The position numbers and the translations under genes were made by a program. DNA of 64,000 bases, from positions 44,712 to 108,711 of the forward strand of contig CAZTTO010000010.1 of the NCBI GenBank assembly GCA_964616465.1, read 5' to 3'. Source of the DNA: an uncultured Hydrotalea sp. Its GTDB lineage: Bacteria; Bacteroidota; Bacteroidia; Chitinophagales; Chitinophagaceae. Numbering within the stretch: position 1 is the first letter of the stretch; every line of letters begins with the position of its first letter. Positions 9,105 through 18,430 of this stretch are shown in pieces. The notes under the pieces are model-generated. The model saw only the letters and a list, made by a program, of their open reading frames with translations. It was not told the origin of the DNA and made no database searches.

Positions 9105-11582
9105 TTAAGCAGGAATAAATGCGATTTTCCATTTCATTTCATTTGATTGCGCAGCCTTTTGCTTTTTTACAAACAATGCTTTGTGGTACTTTCCACTAGC
9201 CCAATCATTCAAAAAACGATCATAATAGTGGCTACCCGGATTACCACTTTGTCCGCCGGGATACACACAGTAAGCCTCCACCTCTTCAGTTAAATGCACG
9301 ACCATTCTCCAACTTGGACCATGCGTTTGAGTAGTTGCATTAATAATACAATTTGCTCCACCAATGGGCACATGCAATCTGCTTAAAGCAGGAATTTTTA
9401 GTAAATGCGAAACCTTAGTGTCTTTCCATACGCCCCAAGCTACCGATTGATTTTGCGACTTTTGATCAATAGTACTGATTGCATTTTTAAACGCTTTTAG
9501 AACCAAATCCTGTATAGTCTCTTGCTTGTCAACGGTGCTTATGTCATCTACAAATCTGCCAAGATTTCCTTGCTTTAATTGCTCTAAAATTACGGTTTCA
9601 TCGGGCCATCTTAAATTGACATTTGCTTGGGCATACTCATCTGCATAAATGGCTACTTCCAAACTATCCCACCAAGTATGAAATACAGTTGCACCAATCT
9701 CGTTGATATCATTTCTTAAATTCCATGACTTAGCAATATCTACATACTTTTGCTCTGTTGCTGTTATAGTCTGACCTTCTAACTCTTTGAGCAAAAGAGG
9801 CAATGCCATTGCAGCAAAAACATTATAATTGTCTGTTTGCATTTGCATCATGTGCTGGGGTGTAATTGGCTCTTTTAAGGAGGCTAAATATTGATTCACG
9901 GCAATTCCTCTAAAAAGAGGGAAATTGGTTGCAGCACCTAAATAATAAGGATAGTTTGCATCGGTCGCTGGCTGATTAGCACTGCTAACAAACCCTCTAG
10001 CAGGATTGAGTATGTATGGATTTTCAGAAGAAGGAATCATGCCCTGCCATCTATATTGACTATCTGTTCCGCTCATAAGAAATTCCCCTTGTCGCTCCCA
10101 TCTTGCAGGAAATTTACCTTGCTGCCGAATAGCTATATCGCCTGTATGTGATGCAAATACAAAGTTTTGTCCAGGACAATAAAAATATTCTGTTGCTGCT
10201 AAATAGTCGGCATGATTTTTAGCACGATTCAATTGATAAAATGTGAGGAGCTCATTAGATGCATCATGTGCTGTCCAACGAACTGCGTAATATTTTCCAT
10301 CTTCATTCATATTCTTATACGAAGTATCAAACATCACAGGCCCCCATTCAGTCATAGCAATTTTCTCAATCTTTTCACCTTGATCTCTAACCACAATTTT
10401 CTCTTCTCTAAAGGTCGATTTTTTCCACTCGCCATTGTACATATACTCTTGCATAGATGCATCCTTGAACTGCACTTCATAAAAATCTTTTACATCTCTT
10501 CCTGCATTGGTAACACCCCATGCTATGCTGTCATTAAACCCAATAATAATTGCAGGAGAACCAGGAAAACTTGCACCGTATGCATTCGAATTTGGACCAC
10601 TTAACTGCATTTCAAACCATAAAGACGGTAGGTTTAATCCGAGGTGAGGATCACTACAAAGAATAGGCTTTCCACTTGCAGTTAATTGCCCGCTTACAGC
10701 CCAGTTATTACTTCCATTATTAGGATCGGTTTGAACTGGCAAATCTGCTCCTTTCTTTTTGTTGAGATAGAAATAAGTCGAGTCTACATTGCTAGGGGCC
10801 TTAGGCTGAATGCTAGGCTTAGCAAAAGCAGTTCCCTTAGGAATAATAGGGTCTGTCATTGGTTGTTGAATTGGAAACAGTTTAGCAAAATCATCATAAC
10901 CAAAATAATCTCTGGTGTTGGTCATGGTGAATTCTTGTAATCCCATCCAAGTCAAATCAAATGACATATACTTTAAGAATAAAGCCGATTTAAATGGTGT
11001 CCATTCTTCGGGTTGATAGTTCAAAAGCTTATACTCAAATGGCAAGTCCTGTGCACCTAACTGCTTGATATATGCATTCACCCCTTCAGCATAAGCAGCG
11101 GTAGCTGCAGAGATATCTGGGCTAGACTTCATAGCTTCTATACTCTTTTCAGCGGCATATACCATTCCTATTCTTCGAAACATTTTATCAATAGCAACGA
11201 AATCGGTGCTTCCTACTTTTTCACCCATTATTTCACTCAATCGACCTGCTGCTGCATGCGTTTGAAATTCCATTTGCCACAACCTAAACTTCGCATGTAA
11301 ATAGCCCTGTACTTTGTACATATCCTCATCGTTCTCTGCATATACGTGCGGAATTAAGTTTTCATCGATGTACACAGATACGCTGTCTTTTAATCCGGGT
11401 ATTGCAATCGTTGCATTCCAATCCTGATTTTTTGGTTCCGCATTTTTCCAGAAACCATGCTGGGGCGATAAAAAATATCCCAATCTGGGAGTTTTATTAC
11501 CACCAACTGTTAATGGGCGATCAAGCAATATGACCAAAGTAATGGTACAAACGAAGACAATAATTCCTGGTAAGTATTTCAT
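9105..11582 (-). CDS. Penicillin/AHL acylase family Ntn-hydrolase
   Basis: 825 aa. Signal anchor, and the beta-subunit nucleophile motif NGSNNWAVSG followed by CSDPHL. Confidence 0.85.
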   Translation of the reverse strand: MKYLPGIIVFVCTITLVILLDRPLTVGGNKTPRLGYFLSPQHGFWKNAEPKNQDWNATIAIPGLKDSVSVYIDENLIPHVYAENDEDMYKVQGYLHAKFRLWQMEFQTHAAAGRLSEIMGEKVGSTDFVAIDKMFRRIGMVYAAEKSIEAMKSSPDISAATAAYAEGVNAYIKQLGAQDLPFEYKLLNYQPEEWTPFKSALFLKYMSFDLTWMGLQEFTMTNTRDYFGYDDFAKLFPIQQPMTDPIIPKGTAFAKPSIQPKAPSNVDSTYFYLNKKKGADLPVQTDPNNGSNNWAVSGQLTASGKPILCSDPHLGLNLPSLWFEMQLSGPNSNAYGASFPGSPAIIIGFNDSIAWGVTNAGRDVKDFYEVQFKDASMQEYMYNGEWKKSTFREEKIVVRDQGEKIEKIAMTEWGPVMFDTSYKNMNEDGKYYAVRWTAHDASNELLTFYQLNRAKNHADYLAATEYFYCPGQNFVFASHTGDIAIRQQGKFPARWERQGEFLMSGTDSQYRWQGMIPSSENPYILNPARGFVSSANQPATDANYPYYLGAATNFPLFRGIAVNQYLASLKEPITPQHMMQMQTDNYNVFAAMALPLLLKELEGQTITATEQKYVDIAKSWNLRNDINEIGATVFHTWWDSLEVAIYADEYAQANVNLRWPDETVILEQLKQGNLGRFVDDISTVDKQETIQDLVLKAFKNAISTIDQKSQNQSVAWGVWKDTKVSHLLKIPALSRLHVPIGGANCIINATTQTHGPSWRMVVHLTEEVEAYCVYPGGQSGNPGSHYYDRFLNDWASGKYHKALFVKKQKAAQSNEMKWKIAFIPA

Positions 11583-11638
11583 AGCAAGCTATTCTATGTC
11601 CTAAGATAGCGCCATTCTATTTACCCCCAAAATTCAAC

Positions 11639-12727
11639 CTACTGAAGCTTAGAAATAAGTCGCTGAAGTTCCTCCTCGGAGTTAAAAGCATGTAACACAA
11701 TTCTTAACCTTTCTGCACCTGCAGGAACAGTAGGATACAACACTGGTCGAATATCAAAACCCTCTTGTTGTAGCATATTTGCCAAAGCCCTCACTTCTGA
11801 ATTCCCGGGAACAATAATACCTTGAATAGCTGAATCTGAAACAAGTTTATTGAAACGAATCTTTGCTTGTTGAAACTGATTGACCAAATTGTTCAAATGA
11901 TTTCGCTCAAGATCCATGGTGGGAAATAATTCATATGACTTATGAATAGCATGAATTGCCGACTCGGGCAATGATGTTGAATACATTAAACTTCTTGCAA
12001 AATTGATGAGATAAGATCTCAACCTTTCACTCCCTAAAACCACAGCCCCATGACAACCACAAGCTTTACCAAACGTATGTATGCGTGCAAAAATCTCTTT
12101 TTCTAGTCGACAAGCCTGCACCCAACCAACTCCTTGCACACCTACAACACCTGTTGCGTGCGCTTCATCTATAATAATATGTGCGTTGAATTCTTTTGCT
12201 AAGGCAACAATGTCTTGTAGAGGACAAAAATCACCATCCATACTAAAAACCGATTCTGTTACAATAAAACACTGTCCACTTGCCTTTTGAATTTTTTTCT
12301 TTAGGTCTTCAAGATCATTGTGCTTAAACGAAAACGACTGCGCCATAGATAAACGAATGCCATCGCGAATACTTGCATGACTCAAATAATCGTATAGAAT
12401 GGTATCTCCTTTTTGAGGAACTGAAGATAACAGTCCAACATTTGCGTCGTACCCCGAATTAAACAACAAGGCCGTATCGGCCGCATGGAATGTTGCAATG
12501 ACTTGCTCCACTTCATTCATGTAAGGCGTATGGCCAGCTAATAACCTAGAACCTGTAGAACCAGCTGAAAGATTCGTTTCAGAATGATGAAGGAGTTTAC
12601 CCCTAGCAATTCCTAAATAATCATTCGAACAAAAATCAATTTTGTTTGGAAGATGCACAAGCGTTCGAAGTGCATTGGTCTCGATTCTAGCTTGGAGCTT
12701 TTGATCTAGAAAATGATCTGGATACAT
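11639..12727 (-). CDS. bioF: 8-amino-7-oxononanoate synthase-like PLP-dependent acyltransferase (alpha-oxoamine synthase family)
   Basis: 362 aa. Motifs SVFSMDGD and DEAHATG, and the PLP lysine in HTFGKACG. No other bio genes are adjacent. Confidence 0.7.
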   Translation of the reverse strand: MYPDHFLDQKLQARIETNALRTLVHLPNKIDFCSNDYLGIARGKLLHHSETNLSAGSTGSRLLAGHTPYMNEVEQVIATFHAADTALLFNSGYDANVGLLSSVPQKGDTILYDYLSHASIRDGIRLSMAQSFSFKHNDLEDLKKKIQKASGQCFIVTESVFSMDGDFCPLQDIVALAKEFNAHIIIDEAHATGVVGVQGVGWVQACRLEKEIFARIHTFGKACGCHGAVVLGSERLRSYLINFARSLMYSTSLPESAIHAIHKSYELFPTMDLERNHLNNLVNQFQQAKIRFNKLVSDSAIQGIIVPGNSEVRALANMLQQEGFDIRPVLYPTVPAGAERLRIVLHAFNSEEELQRLISKLQ

Positions 12728-12772
12728 AGCTCAAAACTACCATATTCCTTCTATTCGTACTTTTACAGGGTT

Positions 12773-13381
12773 ATGGAATATTCTCAGCACACTAAAAATA
12801 TATTAGGACTTCAACTGCCTACAGACCCTCGTTGGGCCAACCTTGATTTTTTATCACTCGAAGAAATTCTAACCGACCATGCCTACTGCGAGCAAAAGGC
12901 TGCAACAACTTGTATTTCTTTAATTCAGCGTTATTCCGATAAAGTTGATTTGGTGAATGAACTAGCGCCAATTGTTACAGAAGAATGGGGACATTTCAGG
13001 GCTGTACTGCATGAGATTCAAAAAAGAGGCTTACAACTTGGGAAACAGAGAAAAGACGAATATGTGAATCGTTTATTGGAATTCCAAAGAAAAGGAGGTC
13101 ACCCCCAAGATCGTTTTCTAGATCAATTACTTACTATGGCTTTGATAGAAGCCAGAAGTTGTGAAAGATTTAAAAGGCTAAGTGAAGGTTTATCTGATGA
13201 ATACTTAAGAAAATTCTACAGAAAATTTATGGAAAGCGAAGCTGGACATTATACGCTATTCATTACCCTTGCAGAAAAATACATAGACAAAACTGTTGTA
13301 AGAAATCGCTGGAAAGAATGGCTCGCCTTTGAAGCAAATTTGATGAAAGAGCTAACACCCAGACAAGATCGTATTCATTAA
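12773..13381 (+). CDS. miaE: tRNA-(ms2io6A)-hydroxylase
   Basis: Diiron ExxH motifs EEWGHF and ESEAGHY, plus HAYCEQKAA. I start at the ATG at 12773 (MEYSQ..) rather than the track start at 12713, which overlaps bioF. Confidence 0.8.
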   Translation: MEYSQHTKNILGLQLPTDPRWANLDFLSLEEILTDHAYCEQKAATTCISLIQRYSDKVDLVNELAPIVTEEWGHFRAVLHEIQKRGLQLGKQRKDEYVNRLLEFQRKGGHPQDRFLDQLLTMALIEARSCERFKRLSEGLSDEYLRKFYRKFMESEAGHYTLFITLAEKYIDKTVVRNRWKEWLAFEANLMKELTPRQDRIH

Positions 13382-14397
13382 AATGATTCTGCTAATGCAG
13401 CTTTAAAATATGCAATTTCATTTTCAAAATGAAGCGTAGGAAATGCAACTTGCAACTCCATAGTTTTATCTAAGTACTTCTTTAGAAAATTTTGATGCTG
13501 CTGAGTGGTTGGATGAAAACTTCTATGCTGAAATGCAAGCTTAATTTCATCTATCTCTGCAATCAACTCATTGGTTGATTCACTCATACAATTTAACTTA
13601 AGCTTCTCCCAAACATACTGCGTTGCCTGATAATTAGGATGTACTAAGTCTTCTGCATAAAAACGATAATCCCTCAATTCATCTACTACAATTTCATATG
13701 CGGGAAAATAATATACACGATTAAACTTATCTGCTAAATGATGCACCGCTTGTAATAAAACTGCTTTACTGCGATTATTGTCAACAAGTCCCTCCCGCAA
13801 ATGGCGAACAGGGCTTACTGTAAACACAACCTGACAATCTTTATTCAATTGAAACAAACGATGAAGCACCTGATCGAACATTGCAATGACTTCATCCAAC
13901 TGAAGTAATCTCTTTCTAAATAAAACTGCTGGTGCTTTATGGTTGTTTGCAACCATCGTACCTGCAACTCCTAAACTATCATCAACTAATTGATATACCC
14001 ATGCACTTCCTAACGTTATGACAACCTGATTAGCTGTTTTCAAAAAATTTGTAGCATGGGAAATAGATGTATTGATTTTTTGTACGGCATTTTCAGCATC
14101 AATATCAGAAAATCTACTATGGTGATTCCAGCTATGCCACACTTCATTCAACTGAAACAAATCGTTTGAACTATATTCTTTTTTTTCAAAATAATCCTGA
14201 AACGCTTTAACGATACTAGCTGGATTAAAAAGAATGCCATGTGGATTTTCACAAACTGAAAACTTAGCAGCCTGTAGCTTCTGACCAATATTTTCAGTGA
14301 AGCAAGAACCAATCAAGAATACAGAACTAGGCAACTCGAAAAGTTGTTCTGGTTTTTTGATATCGGTATGCAACTGAAATTTCATATCAATTTCCAA
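13378..14397 (-). CDS. GSCFA-domain protein
   Basis: 339 aa. Contains the eponymous LIGSCFTENIG motif. Confidence 0.75.
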   Translation of the reverse strand: MEIDMKFQLHTDIKKPEQLFELPSSVFLIGSCFTENIGQKLQAAKFSVCENPHGILFNPASIVKAFQDYFEKKEYSSNDLFQLNEVWHSWNHHSRFSDIDAENAVQKINTSISHATNFLKTANQVVITLGSAWVYQLVDDSLGVAGTMVANNHKAPAVLFRKRLLQLDEVIAMFDQVLHRLFQLNKDCQVVFTVSPVRHLREGLVDNNRSKAVLLQAVHHLADKFNRVYYFPAYEIVVDELRDYRFYAEDLVHPNYQATQYVWEKLKLNCMSESTNELIAEIDEIKLAFQHRSFHPTTQQHQNFLKKYLDKTMELQVAFPTLHFENEIAYFKAALAESF

Positions 14398-15253
14398 ATA
14401 TTTTGGCTGCTATTATTGTAGCTTTCTGCCAAGCGGCAGAATTGATTGACGTTGAGATTCCCTTTTCTTCAAAATAAGATAAGACCCATTCAGTTGCCAT
14501 GTTTCCTACCAAATCATCGGCGGCCATAGGGCAACCACCTATCCCCAAAATTGCAGTATCCATTCTTGTGCATCCACCAGCAATAGCAGCCTCCAACTTT
14601 TCCTTCCAAAAGTTCTGAGTTGCATGCAAGTGAGCGCCCCAAACCATATTAGGATAGGCAGGAACCAAAGTTGAAAAAGCATTAAAAATTTGATCGGGAT
14701 TAGCCACACCTACTGTATCTGCTAAGCTCACTATTTCTATTCCTTCTTCAGCCATTTTATGCGCCCATTCAAGCAATAATTCCGAAGAATAGGTATCGCC
14801 ATAAGGATTACCAAATCCCATACTCAAATACACTACCAATTGTTTATTGTGCTGTTTACACAAAGTATGAATGGATGTAAGCCTTTTCCAACTTTCTTCT
14901 TGTGTGCTATTGGTATTGCGAATTTGGAAAGTTGGAGAAACAGAAAAAGGAAAACCAAGGTATTGAATTACATCAAATGAGCAAGCATCTAGTGCCCCTC
15001 TCTCATTGGCAACGATTGCTAATAACTTACTTTTGGTATTTGTAAGATTGAGTTGTTGTAATACTTCTTTGGTATCTGCCATTTGAGGGATGGCTTTGTG
15101 AGAAACAAAACTTCCAAAATCGATTGTATGAAATCCAACTTCTAATAATTGATTGATATAATCAACCTTTTGCACCGTTGGAATAAAATGTTTCCAACCT
15201 TGCATAGCGTCTCTCGGACATTCTACAAGTTGTATGAATTTATTCTGTATCAT
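14387..15253 (-). CDS. Hydroxymethylglutaryl-CoA lyase
   Basis: 288 aa. VECPRDAMQG N-terminal motif and a TIM-barrel HMGL-like layout. Confidence 0.85.
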   Translation of the reverse strand: MIQNKFIQLVECPRDAMQGWKHFIPTVQKVDYINQLLEVGFHTIDFGSFVSHKAIPQMADTKEVLQQLNLTNTKSKLLAIVANERGALDACSFDVIQYLGFPFSVSPTFQIRNTNSTQEESWKRLTSIHTLCKQHNKQLVVYLSMGFGNPYGDTYSSELLLEWAHKMAEEGIEIVSLADTVGVANPDQIFNAFSTLVPAYPNMVWGAHLHATQNFWKEKLEAAIAGGCTRMDTAILGIGGCPMAADDLVGNMATEWVLSYFEEKGISTSINSAAWQKATIIAAKIFGN

Positions 15254-15987
15254 GATCTTCTCTTCATCATTGCTTCATACAAAATAATTCCAGCAGCAAC
15301 TGATACATTGAATGAATCAAATTTCCCTTTCATAGGTATTGAAAAAAATCGATCAGCGGCTTTAGCAAGATAGGGCTGAACCCCTTTTCCTTCATCTCCC
15401 AAAATGATACAACTTGGAATTGCAAAATCTAATGATGACAATTCAGTCTCTGCTCGCATTTCAGAAGTCAGTACTTGAATACCATTGTAATGCAAAGTAT
15501 CAACAGCTTTCAATAAACTATTTACCCTACAAATATGAATATGCTGCAAGGCCCCAGCACTACTCTTCATGGCTTCTTCATTTAATGCACCAACGCCTTT
15601 ATCTGGAATAATCATTGCTTGAGCACCACAGCAAACAGCAGATCTGGCAATAGCACCAATATTTCTTACATCAGTAATTCCATCTAACATCAAGAATAGA
15701 GGAACTTCTCCTTTGCCCACAACAAAATCTACCACATCCTGAACGTCCATGTATTGAACCAATGCAGCCATTGCAATCACGCCCTGGTGATTGGCCCTTG
15801 AAAATCCATTCAGCTTCTCAACGGGCACTGGCTGAACTGGGACTTGCTGTTGACGAGCTAATCGCTTGATATCCTCAATTAGCTCACCAGAAATATTTTT
15901 CTGAATCCAAATTTTATCGAGGGCTTTCCCCGATTGAAGTGCCTCCATGACTGGTTGACGACCTATAACTAAAGATGATTTACGCAT
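15250..15987 (-). CDS. rlmB: 23S rRNA (guanosine-2'-O)-methyltransferase, SpoU/TrmH family
   Basis: SpoU C-terminal motifs (IPMKGKFDSFNVSVAAGIILYE). The ATG at 15987 is preferred over the TTG at 15996. ATGA overlap with the downstream gene. Confidence 0.8.
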   Translation of the reverse strand: MRKSSLVIGRQPVMEALQSGKALDKIWIQKNISGELIEDIKRLARQQQVPVQPVPVEKLNGFSRANHQGVIAMAALVQYMDVQDVVDFVVGKGEVPLFLMLDGITDVRNIGAIARSAVCCGAQAMIIPDKGVGALNEEAMKSSAGALQHIHICRVNSLLKAVDTLHYNGIQVLTSEMRAETELSSLDFAIPSCIILGDEGKGVQPYLAKAADRFFSIPMKGKFDSFNVSVAAGIILYEAMMKRRS

Positions 15988-15998
15988 GTAATGCAAAA

Positions 15999-16559
15999 TT
16001 ACAAGGCTTCTTCAAGCATCAGCACTTTTATTTTTAACAACGCAGCAACCGACATAGAATCTGTTATTTCACCTTGCATACACATTTGATAAGCTTCTTC
16101 AAAAGGGAGCTTCTTTACTATGAGCTGCTCAGTTGGCTCAGGGGAAGATTGCTGTTGAGAAAGCCCAGTAGCAAGAAAAATTATGGCCTCCTCATCAGAA
16201 ACGGAATTGCTCAAATGCATATTCAATATAGGTTTCCAATCACTAGCTATCAAACCTGTTTCTTCTAATAACTCTCTTTTTGCTTCTTCTAAAGGATTCT
16301 TACTAAGATCCCCTCCCCCTTCTGGGATTTCCCAACTATAACTGTTTGTTGTAAATCTAAATTGGCCTACGAGCCAAATGTTCTTATTATCATCTAATGC
16401 AACAATTCCTAGTGCCTTATTTTTAAAATGCACTTTTCCATAAATGCCATTTCCTCCACCAGGATGAATAACTTGATATTCGGTGAGTTTGATCCACGGA
16501 TTATCAAACACCTCTTGTTGGCTCAGTATTTTCCATGGATTTGTAGCAGAACTATCCAT
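15999..16559 (-). CDS. NUDIX hydrolase (ADP-ribose pyrophosphatase-like)
   Basis: Nudix box GGGDLSKNPLEEAKRELLEETG. Confidence 0.85.
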   Translation of the reverse strand: MDSSATNPWKILSQQEVFDNPWIKLTEYQVIHPGGGNGIYGKVHFKNKALGIVALDDNKNIWLVGQFRFTTNSYSWEIPEGGGDLSKNPLEEAKRELLEETGLIASDWKPILNMHLSNSVSDEEAIIFLATGLSQQQSSPEPTEQLIVKKLPFEEAYQMCMQGEITDSMSVAALLKIKVLMLEEAL

Positions 16560-17070
16560 GTGCCTTTCTTCTTTTGTTGTAGAAATAAGACACCAAAATC
16601 ATCATAATGATATATACAACAACTAATGCAATGATTCCGAATTTTGCTATGGCAGCATGACGAGACACCCAAACTGAAGTCTTCGTAATATTTTCAGACA
16701 AAGTAATAAGCATAGCAACGTTCTCAATAAAATCGAGCAGTCCTGCAAGCACACTTAATTCAAGAAACAAATAGCCCATCCAACGTTGCCAGGTTTTAGT
16801 AAAAAATGAAATGAATGCTTGACAACAAAAAAAGAAGAAACAAGAATAGGCTATCAACAAAAAGAAGTCTAAAATAATATTCACCTTCAAAGGCGATTTA
16901 CCAATGACAGCCATCATCTCTTCTGCAGCAGCTCTTGATTCTGCTAGTTCAAAGCTTACAATACCCATTGGAGTAACCTCAGTTACCAATTCCGATAGAT
17001 CACTATGAACCCTCACTACAGTTAAAAGAACAGCCGTACAAAGGCCTGCAATCATAACTTTCTTAAACAT
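16552..17070 (-). CDS. Integral membrane protein, function unknown
   Basis: Multiple hydrophobic helices. The ATG at 17070 (MFKKVM..) is preferred over the TTG at 17085. Confidence 0.55.
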   Translation of the reverse strand: MFKKVMIAGLCTAVLLTVVRVHSDLSELVTEVTPMGIVSFELAESRAAAEEMMAVIGKSPLKVNIILDFFLLIAYSCFFFFCCQAFISFFTKTWQRWMGYLFLELSVLAGLLDFIENVAMLITLSENITKTSVWVSRHAAIAKFGIIALVVVYIIMMILVSYFYNKRRKAHG

Positions 17071-17083
17071 GACGTAAAGAAAC

Positions 17084-17110
17084 AAAAAAACCTCTGTTTA
17101 ATAACAGAGG
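17084..17110 (-). terminator. Intrinsic terminator downstream of metK
   Basis: Stems CCTCTGTT(17091-17098) and AACAGAGG(17103-17110) with a 4-nt loop. Followed on the minus strand by TTTTTTTGTTT. Confidence 0.75.
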
Positions 17111-17132
17111 TTTTCAAGTAAAATATGAAAGA

Positions 17133-18386
17133 CTACTTCAAGCCAAAAGCTTTTTTCACCTTAGCAACGTAATCTAATTTCTCCCAAGTGAATAGTTCAA
17201 CTTTCACTTTTTTAGTCTTACCATCTGGAGATACAAAGGTTTTTTCAACTACTTCGTTCTTTCTTCCCATATGACCATATGCAGCAGTTTCACTGTACAT
17301 AGGAGTTCTCAACTTCAATCTTTGTTCAATGAAATAAGGGCGCATATCAAAGATCTGTGCAACCAGTTTACCAATTTCACCATCAGTCATGTTAACTTTT
17401 GAAGTTCCAAAAGTATTCACGTTGATAGAAGTAGGTTCTGCTACACCAATTGCATATGATACTTGTACTAAAACCTCATCAGCTACACCAGCAGCAACTA
17501 GGTTTTTAGCAATGTGGCGAGTAGCATAAGCAGCAGAACGGTCAACCTTACTAGGATCTTTTCCACTGAAAGCACCACCACCGTGAGCACCTTTACCACC
17601 GTATGTATCAACAATAATTTTTCTTCCTGTCAAACCAGTATCACCGTGTGGTCCGCCTATAACAAACTTCCCAGTGGGATTGATATGGTATTTAATTTGG
17701 TTATTGAAAAGCTTAGCGTACTTCTTATATTTCGCCTTAACACGAGGAATTAAAATTTCAACGATATCCTTTTTGATCTTCGCTAGCATTTTTGCTTCGG
17801 TATCAAAATCGTCATGCTGCGTAGATACAACAATGGTATCGATACGAACTGGTCTGTTGTTATCGTCGTACTCTAATGTAACTTGACTCTTAGCATCTGG
17901 ACGCAAATATTTAATTTGCTTATTTTCTCTGCGTAGAGCAGCTAGTTCAATCAAAATTTTATGCGCCAAATCAAGAGCCAAAGGCATATAGTCCTCAGTT
18001 TCATTGCTTGCATAACCAAACATCATCCCTTGGTCACCAGCTCCTTGTTCTTCTTTCTTTTTCTTATCAACACCCTGATTAATATCAGCACTTTGTTCAT
18101 GAATAGCAGATAAGATTCCACAGCTATTCGCTTCAAACATATACTCACTCTTAGTGTATCCAATTTTACGAATTACACCACGAGCAATTTCTTGAACATC
18201 TAAATAAGCTTTTGACTTTACTTCACCAGCCAGAACAACTTGACCAGTTGTAACAAGAGTTTCGCAGGCCACTTTCGACTGAGGATCGAAAGCTAAAAAA
18301 TTGTCAATTAAAGCGTCGGAAATCTGATCGGCTACTTTGTCTGGATGTCCTTCAGAAACACTTTCAGAAGTAAATAAATAAGGCAT
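17133..18386 (-). CDS. metK: S-adenosylmethionine synthetase
   Basis: 417 aa. Motifs [12 protein letters not shown] and [19 protein letters not shown]. Confidence 0.97.
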   Translation of the reverse strand: MPYLFTSESVSEGHPDKVADQISDALIDNFLAFDPQSKVACETLVTTGQVVLAGEVKSKAYLDVQEIARGVIRKIGYTKSEYMFEANSCGILSAIHEQSADINQGVDKKKKEEQGAGDQGMMFGYASNETEDYMPLALDLAHKILIELAALRRENKQIKYLRPDAKSQVTLEYDDNNRPVRIDTIVVSTQHDDFDTEAKMLAKIKKDIVEILIPRVKAKYKKYAKLFNNQIKYHINPTGKFVIGGPHGDTGLTGRKIIVDTYGGKGAHGGGAFSGKDPSKVDRSAAYATRHIAKNLVAAGVADEVLVQVSYAIGVAEPTSINVNTFGTSKVNMTDGEIGKLVAQIFDMRPYFIEQRLKLRTPMYSETAAYGHMGRKNEVVEKTFVSPDGKTKKVKVELFTWEKLDYVAKVKKAFGLK

Positions 18387-18404
18387 GACGGGTTATTTTG
18401 TGTG

Positions 18405-18412
18405 CAAATATA
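18405..18412 (-). promoter_or_regulatory. -7 box TATATTTG for metK
   Basis: Perfect TAnnTTTG on the minus strand, 18 nt upstream of the metK ATG, inside a 44-nt intergenic gap. Confidence 0.5.
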
Positions 18413-18430
18413 GGGCTGCACGGTTAAAGG

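Noticed and set aside
12713-12772. Long N-terminal extensions in track ORFs: miaE 12713, panC 20791, panD 21676, 22900, ALDH 28378, S8 29998, 33100 and GATase 48036.
   Set aside because: The extensions overlap neighbouring genes or terminators, often start at TTG or GTG, and precede an ATG that yields the canonical N-terminus or signal peptide. Shorter starts were chosen.
18387-18430. Looked for a SAM riboswitch upstream of metK.
   Set aside because: Only 44 nt separate metK from the upstream gene, and that gap is occupied by a -7 box. There is no room for a riboswitch aptamer.
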